A stretch of DNA of 62,920 nt, the filler included, from Octopus bimaculoides (lineage: Eukaryota): the NCBI RefSeq assembly GCF_001194135.2. It is 4 parts of 3 records of this genome, joined end to end, with 100 filler letters (N's around TTAATTAATTAA, not from the genome) between each part and the next. Parts side by side here need not be neighbours in the genome. Positions count along the whole stretch, not along the records: positions 1 to 18,281 come from NC_068987.1; positions 18,382 to 45,916 come from NC_068986.1; 2 more parts are not named here. One strand, 5' to 3'. The first letter of the stretch is position 1. Each line of letters begins with the position of its first letter. Both the position numbers and the translations under genes were made by a program. Below are positions 14,190 to 26,829 of this stretch, piece after piece. Under the pieces are notes generated by a model that saw only the letters and a list, made by a program, of their open reading frames with translations, was not told the DNA's origin and did no database searches.

Positions 14190-14190
<1 letters not shown>
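13661..14190 (-). mobile_element. Non-coding retroposon-like element (family C), about 530 bp, bracketed by (TAA)n
   Basis: Homologous to 14254-14526 (shared ATCAAAGTGACACTG, GACATGGTGATCT, TTAGAATTTTCTTCAG); no ORF; TAA arrays on both sides. Confidence 0.75.
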
Positions 14191-14253
<63 letters not shown>

Positions 14254-14526
14254 GAGTTAGAGAGCAGCGCATGCGATCAAAGTGACACTGAGATACAAAT
14301 GTACGATGCCCATTATACCCATCATGACTAGCCGTCTGATAAAGGGTACACCAGGCACATCAATTACAAACATATGCGCGCGACATGGTGATCTCATATC
14401 AAGATAAAGAACGCATCGCCTTGTAGGTGGGACCCAGTTAGAATTTTCTTCAGGTCGAGTAGTCCATTGTGCTCAAAATGTCCCTGAATATGGGTTGTTT
14501 AAGGATGATGAACAAAGCTCCTATGT
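14254..14526 (-). mobile_element. Family C element, 5'-truncated copy, bracketed by (TAA)n
   Basis: Retains only the end nearest CTCTCTAACTC-(AAT)n relative to the 13661-14190 copy. Confidence 0.75.
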
Positions 14527-14556
14527 TACTATTATTGTTGTTGTGGTTATTATTAC

Positions 14557-14606
<50 letters not shown>

Positions 14607-14607
<1 letters not shown>

Positions 14608-15320
14608 GTTTTTTTTTCTTCTTTCTTCAAATTTTTTCCCATTTCTCGCCGAGTGTTTTCCGTACACCTAGGGCAGAGAAACGTTGTATGCATTCCCAAA
14701 TTTACACACGCAAATTCATAGGTAAAACATGTATTTAAGAAAGAAAAAAAAATCATGAATGGATGTTGTTTTCACAGCGATAATGCTCTTCTTAGTACAT
14801 GAGTCGTTCCAGTTAGCACGATTTTTTGCACCTCCTGTAGAGATGGTAAGCCTGGTATCATTTTCNNNNNNNNNNNNNNNNNNNNNNNNNNNNNNNNNNN
14901 NNNNNNNNNNNNNNNNNNNNNNNNNNNNNNNNNNNNNNNNNNNNNNNNNNNNNNNNNNNNNNNNNNNNNNNNNNNNNNNNNNNNNNNNNNNNNNNNNNNN
15001 NNNNNNNNNNNNNNNNNNNNNNNNNNNNNNNNNNNNNNNNNNNNNNNNNNNNNNNNNNNNNNNNNNNNNNNNNNNNNNNNNNNNNNNNNNNNNNNNNNNN
15101 NNNNNNNNNNNNNNNNNNNTTTACAGTCTTGTCGGTATGTACGGGGAAGTCCCAGAGAATCGATACATTTTCTCCCTCAGTCACAGTTTCAGGATGGTGT
15201 TTATACCATTTGTCAGCGCTTTTGATTTTATAATGCTGACATATTGTCCAGTGTAAATACTGGCCAACTCTGTCATGTCTTGCTTTATATTCTACAGGTG
15301 CTAACACTCTACACCCTGAG
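14607..15320 (-). mobile_element. R4/Dong-type LINE, 5'-truncated, in (TAA)n (internal N gap)
   Basis: SGCRVLAPVEYKARHDRVGQYLHWTICQHYKI...ILWDFPVHTDK and C-terminus IPGLPSLQEVQKIVLTGTTHVLRRALSL*; 3' UTR ends in A-run then (TAA)n; 5' end abuts (TAA)n. Confidence 0.9.
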
Positions 15321-15379
<59 letters not shown>

Positions 15380-15410
15380 CATCATCATTATTATTATTAT
15401 CATTATCATT

Positions 15411-16909
15411 TTATGTTTGACTTTTGTTTTGCATCTGTACAAGCTAGCTCCAAGTCTTACACAAAGACCTCAAGAGACAAGTTAGAATTTCATGTTGGTG
15501 TTACGCTAAGGGTACCATATATTTGGTTTTGTACATAGTGTTCTTGAGAATGTTTAAGAAACCATAAGAAAATTATGTGTTTTAAAATTTGAGATTACAT
15601 AGACAATATTTTACGTAGGATATGAGCAGTTCCCATGAGCACTAACTTTTTGAATATCTACCATTTTGGGGTTTCTTGTTATCTGAGCTAGGTAGCAATG
15701 AGCCCCTTTTGCTATCATTCCAAGGGTACCTACAACAACAGGTATTGTTTTAGTCTTCAGGTTCCACATTTTGCTAATTTTTATTTCAAGGTCTTTATAC
15801 TTGCTCAGTTTTTGGTAGGTCTTGACAGATACGTTTATATCGATTGGGACAGTCATATCAATGAGGAGGCATGATTTTTGTCTGGTCTTTCAATATGATG
15901 TCTGGCTTATTTGCATCTATCTTTCTGTTAGTTTGAATGGTGAAATTCCACAAGGAGTGAGATGTGACCATTTTCAAGCATTGGGGGTGGTCTGTGTTAC
16001 CACCAGTTTTCATCATGGGGCAAGTCCAGGTTTTTGTAAATTACCTAGTGAATATATTGTGCAGCTCTATCATGCCTGTTGAGATATTCTGTACGAGCTA
16101 GAAGACTGGACATGGAGACAACATGATCTATGGTTTCATTTTGTTGTTGACATACGTGACATGTTGGGATGCTGCCGTTCTTTAATATGTTGGCCTGGTT
16201 GATCTTTGTAGGTAGGCATTGATCTTGGGCTGCTATGATAAACCCTTCTGTTTCTGATTTTAAGCCAGAAACCATTAGCCATTGATGGGTAAGGTATTTG
16301 TCAACATCGGCCTTATTCGCTCTCTTTGAGTATTTGCCATCGAGCGGTTTTTCTTGCCATTTATTAGTCAGAATATCTAAGGCAGCATTTTAGCACGGGT
16401 TTTCATGCGCTTAGCTTTTTCTGCGCTTGTTTCTAGTATGTCTAATTCCGGAATTTGTTGTATTTGAAATTCACTTAGATATTCCTTTGCCTGTTACTGA
16501 GTATGATGCTTTCTTGTTCTCATGTTTTGAGACAATTTTAACATCCAGTCCTCAGAGTTTTTCAGTTAGGTGTCCAGGCCGATTATGGCAATTTTCATTG
16601 TTAATGCCAGTTGTAAAAGTTCACGGCCTCCCTCTTTTCTTGGCAGATGAAGTCGATCTATATCTACCTTAGGGTGGTGCATTCTATGCATTGTCAACAG
16701 TTTTCGTATTTTTCTGTCAAGATTACATATTTCAATAATTGACCAGTTAATGATATTGAAATTGTAAGTCACGACAAGGTATGGCTAAAGCATTGATCGC
16801 TTCGATCCTGTTTCTTGCATCCAGCATTGTCTTGAGTATTGCTCTCACTCTGCGATAACATTCTTTTTTGATCCTTTCTCTCATCACTGAATGTTTGATT
16901 CCGTCCCCT
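15411..16909 (-). mobile_element. R4/Dong-type LINE, 5'-truncated, in (TAA)n
   Basis: LDRKIRKLLTMHRMHHPKVDIDRLHLPRKEGGR, GLKSETEGFIIAAQDQCL, CHVCQQQNETIDHVVS, KYKDLEIKISKMWNLKTKTIPVVVGTLG (RLE domain); TAA arrays at both junctions. Confidence 0.92.
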
Positions 16910-16917
16910 TATTATTA

Positions 16918-16991
<74 letters not shown>

Positions 16992-17039
16992 TATTAATTA
17001 ATTAATGAATTAATGAATTAATTTATTTATTAAATATAG

Positions 17040-17142
17040 GCACAAAAACCGCAATTTTGAGAGAGAAGACAGATCGATTATTTCAATTCCAGTGCTCGAC
17101 TGCTACTTATTTTATCGACCCCGAAATGATAAAAGTTACAGT
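17040..17142 (-). mobile_element. tRNA-derived SINE (family A), 3' fragment
   Basis: TACTTATTTTATCGACCCCGAAA matches the copies at 34.5, 47.3 and 54.8 kb. Confidence 0.65.
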
Positions 17143-17342
17143 CTACCTTGAATAATGCCGCTGCTGCTGCTGTTACTGATGCTACTGCTGCAGCTGATGA
17201 TGATGATGATGGTAATGATGGTGCAAAGATCTGGAACAAATGTTGTGAGGCGTGGTTTTCGGCTCTCCAACGATTCTCGTAGAATAACAACAGTAACAAG
17301 AACAGTAATAACGATAGCAATCATAATAATGATGCAACAATG

Positions 17343-17408
<66 letters not shown>

Positions 17409-18281
17409 TATAACAATAAAAATAATATTGATAATAATAAAAAAGAAACAGAAGAAAAAAATAAGAATATCAAAACCAGATTTAACAAAAATAAAACCAA
17501 GAATAGGAACAAGCAGCAACAGCATCAATGGTGAAAGACACTATTCAAAACATTATACAAACACGTATTTACATTCAATTAGCTCTTATAATTCTATGTG
17601 ACAGCTCATTGCCGCCAGGTATCTCCATTAATGTTTATCATATTTATTACAACTCTCTGGTAGTATGTTCTTACTATGTAAGAACTCATACTTACAATGA
17701 CTTCAGGGAAACTTGAGCGTCACTGTATTCCCTCTTTGGATTTGTGTCTAGCCTAAAGAAAGCAATATCTGTTCCAGTCTTCAAACAAAGAATCCATCTT
17801 CATTGTAGTTAATTTCTTTGATAAATTGAGGTCTCTAAATCAACAAGGAAACGGTGAAATATGGAATTATATTTACTGTGTATTCTTGTTTGTAGCCATT
17901 TCTTTACTTCAGTTCATGTTAAGTCTTTGATTATTTTCCCATCCTTCGATGGTGCAGGGGAACCGCCTTGAAGAATTTTGAGTCGAACAAATCGACCAGA
18001 GAACTGATGTATTTTAAACGTCTGTAACTTTATCTTTATTTTTTGCCGAACCGCTAAGTTAGGGGGAAGTAAACAGCCCGACATCGCTTGTCAAGAGGCG
18101 GTGGTATGGAAAGACACAGACACAATGAAATACACATACATGTACAATACATACATATATATACATACAAACATTTAGTTCTTATTTCTAGCAATGCAGG
18201 TGTTTCTAACATCCTTCGTCATGTTTAATGGCAGTTATACTTTTCCTTTTTGGTACACATTGCCTTCCGCTACATTAATTA

Positions 18282-18381
18282 NNNNNNNNNNNNNNNNNNN
18301 NNNNNNNNNNNNNNNNNNNNNNNNNTTAATTAATTAANNNNNNNNNNNNNNNNNNNNNNNNNNNNNNNNNNNNNNNNNNNN
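18282..18381. other. Artificial scaffold-join spacer (44N-TTAATTAATTAA-44N)
   Basis: Exactly 100 bp; the 12-mer gives stops in all six frames; identical at 45917 and 59054. Confidence 0.9.
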
Positions 18382-18416
<35 letters not shown>

Positions 18417-18657
18417 ATATATGAATATGTCTATATATGTATGCATTTATATGCATATATATATGTGTGTGAAGCATATATAAAGTACATATACATATAA
18501 ATATATGTATATATATATATATATATATATGCATACGCACATACATATACATATACATACACACAGACGCACGCGCACACACGTAGGTGTCTGTGTATCC
18601 GTGAGCTTCTAGTCTGCTGATTGTGTCTTCATTTCTGTATGTATGTATGTATGTATG

Positions 18658-18705
<48 letters not shown>

Positions 18706-19509
18706 GCTGTGTTTGCATAATCAAACCCACCATGATGCATTTAATGCACAAATGGATTTACCTCTGTTCTTTCTTCATCCTCGAATATTCCGTAGGTAAC
18801 ATACATGTTTAAATTCAATCTACGTTTCTCAATGCTATTTGTTCCTATTCTATTGTTAACACTTTCTATAGAACTTCTGTTGTTTCTAAATATATGTTCT
18901 CGATCCAAGTTGTAATTAATTCGAACTTACAGTCGAGAGAGAGATTTTGGTTAATAATTCTATCTAGATTTACGTGTATTAATGACACTCGTCCGCTATT
19001 TACTTCATGAACGGGGTTTGGCTGGCGTTTAGCACAATGTTACATATGTGTGTTGTTACTGTTGTTGTTTCTATTTTCTTTATTATTGGTAGTGGTTGTC
19101 ATAGAAGTCGCCGGTGACTCCCCACGTCATGTTCTTAACAAGGGGCAACATGGGCTTGATAAGAAAAATGTAAATATACTACGGTAAGATTTCTGCCATC
19201 GAAGTTCATGTACCCATATGAGCTCACAAGAGAAATTGTGGGAATGTGTGAAATTTGTAAAAGCACTGAATTTTTGAAGTAATCTCAAATAAACTTAGAA
19301 CAACTCATGTGTCGAGACAACGTGAAAAGAGCTCTTTGCTGTTCCCATCTGTTTACCGTTGCGAACAAGTTTTTAGCCCTGTCTGTAACCAGAAATAAAT
19401 CTCATGCGAGACTTTCAACTGCGAATTATATATGTACCTCTCTGGAACTATGCCTAGAATTGAGTTTCAGAGAGTTACATATATAATCTAGGGTATATAT
19501 ATGAATCCA

Positions 19510-20424
19510 TCTAATTAAGACCAGCAAATGGCGCATATTACCTGATTGTAGAAGATAGTTATACTAAGTGGCCGGAAATATGTAGATGTAGAAAATCAGC
19601 CCAGGCGGTAACAATTGAATTTCTTCATGAACTCTTTGCAAAGTATGGTGTCCCGGACACCATAGTATCCGATAACAGTACGCAGTTTACGACGTATAAG
19701 TTTTAAAAATTTTGGAAAATGTACGCAGCTGAACACATCTACTCCATCATATCACCCAAGGTCAAATGGGCTAAAGGAACGGTTCGTGGATACATTTAAA
19801 AGAGCATTAAAGAAATCAAGAAACGAGCTCGTTGTTGACATAGCATTGACACAATTCTTGAGGGTTTATAGGATAATATCAAGCCTTGTTCAGGCAAGTC
19901 GCCTGCAGAACTAATGTTTGCTCGAAAAATAAAGTCAATTTCTGACAAGCTGTTACCAGTAAGAAAAACAAATAGGGAAAACACTAAAAATCCGACGAAG
20001 TATTTTAATTTCAGTGACAAGGTGTTTTTCAAAATATATTTTAAAAAATGGAGGAGAAGGTTGGGAAGACGGAGTAGTAACAAAAAGAATAAGCAAAATG
20101 ACGTATATGATAGGAGGCGAAAAATGAGAACACAAAAGACATTTAAATCAGCTAAAAAAATCGATATACAGAGAAAAGAAAAGAGATACCCATGGAAGTG
20201 CTCTAAGACACCGTTGATGTTCCAACACCACAAGAAGGTGAACCTAGGTGTAGCAGCAAAAGAAAGAGGAAGCAAAAATAGCAATTGGAAGTAGTGCCTA
20301 AACAAAAGAAATATTAAACTTCTCGAGGAAGAAAATCTCAAAAAAGGGAGATGTGGTGAAATAATAAAAATAAAAGTAATAATAATATTAACTTCCAACG
20401 GAAGTCAGTCTCAAAAGGGGCAGA
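19510..20424 (+). mobile_element. Gypsy/Ty3 LTR retrotransposon integrase region, degenerate
   Basis: YYLIVEDSYTKWPEI, LFAKYGVPDTIVSDNSTQF, YHPRSNGLKERFVDTFKRALKK, SPAELMFARKIKS; polypurine tract AAAAGGGGCAGA just before the LTR. Confidence 0.88.
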
Positions 20425-20682
20425 TGTTGTGGCAAGACTCATTGATACCCCTGAGGGATTGGAAGAATGGACTAGCCGAACTCTTATAAAAAGTAGTGCA
20501 TTGGTTGAGACGAGAGAGAAGTCGTTGGAGTCGTTGAGAGATCGTGGACGTTGCAGGAAGTCGTTGAGATCGCTGAGAGTTTGTATTTATTGGAGAATCG
20601 TGTTTAGTGGAGGAATTTGAAGTGGGTCGAGTGAAGACAGTTGTGTTTATCCCTGCTTCGTGAAATCCTGTATAATTCAACG
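20425..20682 (+). mobile_element. Probable 3' LTR of the Gypsy element
   Basis: Starts TGTTGTGG right after the PPT; ends about TATAATTCAAC(G); no 5' LTR seen. Confidence 0.6.
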
Positions 20683-21741
20683 TACAGAAGGAGCGAAGGG
20701 TTAAAAAACTAAAGGCATCAGAACCTTCTGCACAAATATACGCGTGTTTGTGCGCGTTGTACGTATTTGTGTATATATATGTATATATATNNNNNNNNNN
20801 NNNNNNNNNNNNNNNNNNNNNNNNNNNNNNNNNNNNNNNNNNNNNNNNNNNNNNNNNNNNNNNNNNNNNNNNNNNNNNNNNNNNNNNNNNNNNNNNNNNN
20901 NNNNNNNNNNNNNNNNNNNNNNNNNNNNNNNNNNNNNNNNNNNNNNNNNNNNNNNNNNNNNNNNNNNNNNNNNNNNNNNNNNNNNNNNNNNNNNNNNNNN
21001 NNNNNNNNNNNNNNNNNNNNNNNNNNNNNNNNNNNNNNNNNNNNNNNNNNNNNNNNNNNNNNNNNNNNNNNNNNNNNNNNNNNNNNNNNNNNNNNNNNNN
21101 NNNNNNNNNNNNNNNNNNNNNNNNNNNNNNNNNNNNNNNNNNNNNNNNNNNNNNNNNNNNNNNNNNNNNNNNNNNNNNNNNNNNNNNNNNNNNNNNNNNN
21201 NNNNNNNNNNNNNNNNNNNNNNNNNNNNNNNNNNNNNNNNNNNNNNNNNNNNNNNNNNNNNNNNNNNNNNNNNNNNNNNNNNNNNNNNNNNNNNNNNNNN
21301 NNNNNNNNNNNNNNNNNNNNNNNNNNNNNNNNNNNNNNNNNNNNNNNNNNNNNNNNNNNNNNNNNNNNNNNNNNNNNNNNNNNNNNNNNNNNNNNNNNNN
21401 NNNNNNNNNNNNNNNNNNNNNNNNNNNNNNNNNNNNNNNNNNNNNNNNNNNNNNNNNNNNNNNNNNNNNNNNNNNNNNNNNNNNNNNNNNNNNNNNNNNN
21501 NNNNNNNNNNNNNNNNNNNNNNNNNNNNNNNTTCAATTGATTTTAATCGATTTAAATTTCTTTTCTATTTGAAAATTGGTTATGAAACACGTGTAATCTT
21601 TTTATTATATTTATCTTATGATATTTACTTTACTTTATATTATACTCATTTATTGTGCTTTTAATTATTAATTTTTCTATATGTGATAGTGGATTTTCAT
21701 CGATGAGTTCTTGAAAATTGGTTATTTTCCCTAAAACTATA

Positions 21742-21742
<1 letters not shown>

Positions 21743-21781
<39 letters not shown>

Positions 21782-22004
21782 ATGTATATATATGTATATA
21801 TATGTACATATATATGTATATGTAAGTATATATGTATATAAGTATATATATGTATATATACATGTATATATATATATATGTGTATATGTATATATATGTA
21901 TATGTGTATATATTTATGTACATATATGTATTTGTACATAAATATGTATATATACGTATATATATATGTATATATATACATATATATTTGTATATATATA
22001 CATA

Positions 22005-22041
<37 letters not shown>

Positions 22042-22179
22042 GTATATATATATACATATGTATATGTGTATATATATACACATATATATAAGTATATTTA
22101 CATATATACATGTATATATGTCTACATATATATATATATATATGTATACCATATATATACCTATACACACATATATATG

Positions 22180-22216
<37 letters not shown>

Positions 22217-22310
22217 ACAGATATATATATATATATATACACACATATATGTAGACACATATATGCAGACACATATATACAGACAGATAGACAGTCAGAC
22301 AGATAGAGAA
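21743..22310. repeat. Degenerate (AT)n/(ATAC)n/(AC)n microsatellite field
   Basis: Direct reading; source of the YI/HT ORFs. Confidence 0.95.
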
Positions 22311-24361
22311 TGTTTCGCTTGGACATTGTGATACTAATAACCTGGTGTTAGAACTCAATATACATATGCTTCAGAATAAATCTTTAGTTGAATACAGAGC
22401 ATAATATGAAATTTTATATACATACATGGACAAAAAAACTTATGATACCATATACTAGATACCATGAAATTCTAATAATTTCATTAATTTCTTAGTCGTG
22501 ATTAGCTAAAGCAAAACCGGTTGATTACGTAAGTATCTTATCTCATAAAAAAAAATATATATATATATATACATTCTGTGCATTTTCCTTCTTTTTATAT
22601 TTTTCATTACAACTTACCCCTATGGGGGAAAAATTTATATTTATGAAGAGAAAAGAGTTTATTAAGACTGGTGCAGCGTCCTGTCACCCTTGAGTTTCTG
22701 CTGTGAACAACCGGTTCTTCAGAGAAGTCCAAGTAGGCCAGGAATGAAATGATATGTATCAATAGGCGAGCAGCAACATCTAAACAATGAACTCTTTAGA
22801 TGAAACATGATTTTGTTTACTGAAGTTAAGTGGCCGCACTCAGCTGCATTCTTCAACTGGAATTGCATGGTGAAAGTTGGCTCAATTGACCTGGCACTTC
22901 TCGTCACTTACAGTCACCGTTTAGTGAATTCGATGGAACACAACACCTCCCTCTCTGCCCTCGCTTTTCTCCACAAGTGGAAACAGAAGTTATTGAAGTT
23001 TTGAGTCTGGGCTGAAGAGGATGGTATCTGTTTTCAGTTCACTTAAATGTTGTTGATCATGCAATCTGTTCTGTCTTGGCCACTAAACATGAATACTGCC
23101 TTTCCTTTCCGAACAAAGGAAGGCGGAGCGAGAACATTACAATAGGCTTCGCTAGAATCCGAGTCTGTTTTGAGGTTTTCCAATTACAGTAGTTCGACAT
23201 AACTCCACAAGTCGGCATTGGACGAGTTTGTGAAGAAGGGTTTCGTTGCCCTGTGTGTTTTTCGGACTCCTATCTGACGGTATTATTACGTCCTAAAGTT
23301 TGTTTCGAACTATCAATGCTTACTCATCACCAATACCAGTACCCAGCCAGGGATTTCTAGACGTTGTCTGTATTTCCTGGACTGATAGTCCTTTCATCTT
23401 CGTCAGATCCTAAAGAACCCCCGAAAACGTCGACACTTTTACTCCCCTATAGAATACAAGGGCCAAGATACCAGCAGCTACATTGCTGACTGGCAGAGAA
23501 CTGTGAGCGTTTAACAACATAACTTGCTTGGCCTATGATTTCGGCTCTGACAAAGAGACGTGCCTCACAAATGGCAACCACACTTCCTCGTTAGTCAAGA
23601 ACTTCTGAGGTACCACAGTCATAACACATACTTGAACTTCAGCAACTACGTCATACCGAGTCCCCTTTACGTAAATACCAACTGGTTAGTTAAAGATTAA
23701 ATGTCTATAATGTCAACTTGGAATTCGTTCTCCTATGTTTATTGGGTTTTAGTTAACAAGAAAAGGAAGAAAAATATATTAAAATACCTCCTCTTCTCTG
23801 TATAATATTACTTTGCGAAATCTAATCTTAACGAAATCAAATTAACATTGAAATGTTGTATTGCTAACAAAAAGTGACTGAGGATTGGTGTAAGTTACCT
23901 TATGTATTCATGGCTGCCGTCTACTCAGTGGTTTAGAAACCTTATCGAGTTTCTTATTTTCTCTACGTGAAGTCGCAACTAACAAAGTGGTTAGAAAGTC
24001 TGCCTACAAACATAAGGATTGATAGTTTGTATAGTTGCTCGGCGTAGCACTGTTATGATTGGAAAAGGAATTCGGCTGAAATTAATTGTCATTAGTAAAA
24101 GAGTAAACGCTTCGGTTTCCTTGGCATTTATCCTTGTTACGCTTAGGAAACGAACCTTCCTCCACATCACCGGTCTATACTGAAATGATAGCTTTGCAGT
24201 GTCACACAACATAGGCGACCATCGAAATCATCCTTTCAGGTCAACTCTCTGCATCAATGCATCAGTCCTTAGAAATTTCTGTTTTCACTCTTCTTTAATG
24301 ATCTGATTAAAGCCCATGAAAATGAGCTGTAGCTTTACGTTGACAATTCTTTTCTATTTAG

Positions 24362-24448
24362 GTCAGTAAGATTGATAGAAGGAAGCAAAACAACAGCAGT
24401 CGGCTTGAAAAAGGAAATTAGGAGAATGGAAACCTTGGCAGATGAGAG
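24362..24448 (+). CDS. Candidate internal coding exon (SVRLIEGSKTTAVGLKKEIRRMETLADE)
   Basis: Acceptor TTCTTTTCTATTTAG|G, consensus donor GAG|GTAAGT, 87 bp symmetric phase 2-2, open frame; protein not recognised. Confidence 0.5.
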
Positions 24449-25479
24449 GTAAGTCAGATGTGAGCCATCAAAATATTAAATAATATTTCTATTAAAGAAA
24501 AAAAAGCCCGCCAAAACTGGCATTGCACGTTGGGGATTACTATTACACTGCAGGCCTGTGTGGGCGTCACTTATCTACAATATCTGCAATATTGTTACAC
24601 AGAGGATTGGAGTGCTGCAAACAGTGTAGGAAACCTGGACTAGGAAGGAAAAAAAACTATCGTTTCCAATATGAAAGCACATTTAACAAACTCGCGAAAC
24701 TCAGGAAAAATTCTCTTAGGATTATGGCTGTTGGTGTTAAACGTGCGAAAAACTCGCTGTCAAAGATTTATAACACAACACATAGGTTACTGTAGCAACC
24801 GTTCTTTTTAAGAATCTTACAAGTCCCAGGTCATTAGAACTACCGCTGAAGTATGAAAGACACTATTTTAAAATTACCAGTACACTAATACCTGAGCAAG
24901 GCCTAGTGATACACAGTGCCAAACAAACTATGGCCTAGAAATGCCTTCATTCAACTATGAAGACTAGGAGAAAAAAAACAACCTTCAGACACAAGATGAG
25001 ATGGGGTTAGTCCACATTGCTTAGTAAGGAACATAGAGTCGGTTTCCCTGGTTTATATATTCCTCGCAATGCAGGACGATGGTCCGTCGCAGGATAACTC
25101 ATTTTTCCCAGCTGAGTTGACTGGAGCAATGGAATATGTGACACAGGCTTTAAAATTCTTGGTGCACACACTCATTGCCATCACAAATGCATTGGCCTAC
25201 GTTCGTCGGAAATCTGTAATAAACGACGCTATTGTTCACAAATTTCTGACATATATAAACATAAAAGCAAAAGTGTAAACCTATATATATTTGCATACAT
25301 GCAAACAAGCGGCCACGTGTTTTTTGAGCTTGTCGGCTGTCACTATAGTTGTTAGTGTTTGTTACAAACATAATGAACTGGGGATTTAGATGTCTTTGTA
25401 TACGTATATGTGTGTGTATAGATGTATATGCATGCGCGTGTCTACGAGTATATATATGTATATATGTGTGTGTGTATGT

Positions 25480-25510
<31 letters not shown>

Positions 25511-26494
25511 NNNNNNNNNNNNNNNNNNNNNNNNNNNNNNNNNNNNNNNNNNNNNNNNNNNNNNNNNNNNNNNNNNNNNNNNNNNNNNNNNNNNNNNNNN
25601 NNNNNNNNNNNNNNNNNNNNNNNNNNNNNNNNNNNNNNNNNNNNNNNNNNNNNNNNNNNNNNNNNNNNNNNNNNNNNNNNNNNNNNNNNNNNNNNNNNNN
25701 NNNNNNNNNNNNNNNNNNNNNNNNNNNNNNNNNNNNNNNNNNNNNNNNNNNNNNNNNNNNNNNNNNNNNNNNNNNNNNNNNNNNNNNNNNNNNNNNNNNN
25801 NNNNNNNNNNNNNNNNNNNNNNNNNNNNNNNNNNNNNNNNNNNNNNNNNNNNNNNNNNNNNNNNNNNNNNNNNNNNNNNNNNNNNNNNNNNNNNNNNNNN
25901 NNNNNNNNNNNNNNNNNNNNNNNNNNNNNNNNNNNNNNNNNNNNNNNNNNNNNNNNNNNNNNNNNNNNNNNNNNNNNNNNNNNNNNNNNNNNNNNNNNNN
26001 NNNNNNNNNNNNNNNNNNNNNNNNNNNNNNNNNNNNNNNNNNNNNNNNNNNNNNNNNNNNNNNNNNNNNNNNNNNNNNNNNNNNNNNNNNNNNNNNNNNN
26101 NNNNNNNNNNNNNNNNNNNNNNNNNNNNNNNNNNNNNNNNNNNNNNNNNNNNNNNNNNNNNNNNNNNNNNNNNNNNNNNNNNNNNNNNNNNNNNNNNNNN
26201 NNNNNNNNNNNNNNNNNNNNNNNNNNNNNNNNNNNNNNNNNNNNNNNNNNNNNNNNNNNNNNNNNNNNNNNNNNNNNNNNNNNNNNNNNNNNNNNNNNNN
26301 NNNNNNNNNNNNNNNNNNNNNNNNNNNNNNNNNNNNNNNNNNNNNNNNNNNNNNNNNNNNNNNNNNNNNNNNNNNNNNNNNNNNNNNNNNNNNNNNNNNN
26401 NNNNNNNNNNNNNNNNNNNNNNNTGGGTGTGTTCGTATGTGCAAATATACATGATATACATACAAAGCTATATCTATTTATCTATCTATCTGTC

Positions 26495-26537
<43 letters not shown>

Positions 26538-26674
26538 TTGTATCTTCGATGTCGTGTCCCTATAAAACACTTTTGTTATATCTTTTGTCAGTATGTTCAA
26601 CAAACCTTGCTTGGTGTTGTTATTTTCACATAGCATAATAATTTCAAATTTTTGCAAAGAGACAGCAGTTTTTG

Positions 26675-26812
26675 AAGAGAAGGTGAAGTCGATTACATCG
26701 ATCCTAGAGCTCATCTGGTATTTATTTTATCGGCCCCGAAAGGATCAAAAGCAAAGTCGACCTCGGCAGAATTTGTCCGGAGCGCTATCGGTTCTGCCAG
26801 CTCACCGCTTTA
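26675..26812 (-). mobile_element. tRNA-derived SINE (family A), internally deleted
   Basis: CCCCGAAAGGATCAAAAGCAAAGTCGACCTCGGCAGAATTTG...TCTGCCAGCTCACCGC. Confidence 0.8.
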
Positions 26813-26829
26813 TTTTCCCATAACATAAT

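Noticed and set aside
18326-18337. TTAATTAATTAA islands inside N runs (also 45961 and 59098)
   Set aside because: Same 44+12+44 layout three times with six-frame stops: an assembly linker, not biology
21630-22358. YI/HT/CV-rich and poly-amino-acid ORFs throughout
   Set aside because: Translations of microsatellites that lack stops in some frames
23250-23700. Faint Gypsy RNase H-like or hAT-like similarity (also 7200-7600)
   Set aside because: No intact diagnostic motif I can verify by eye
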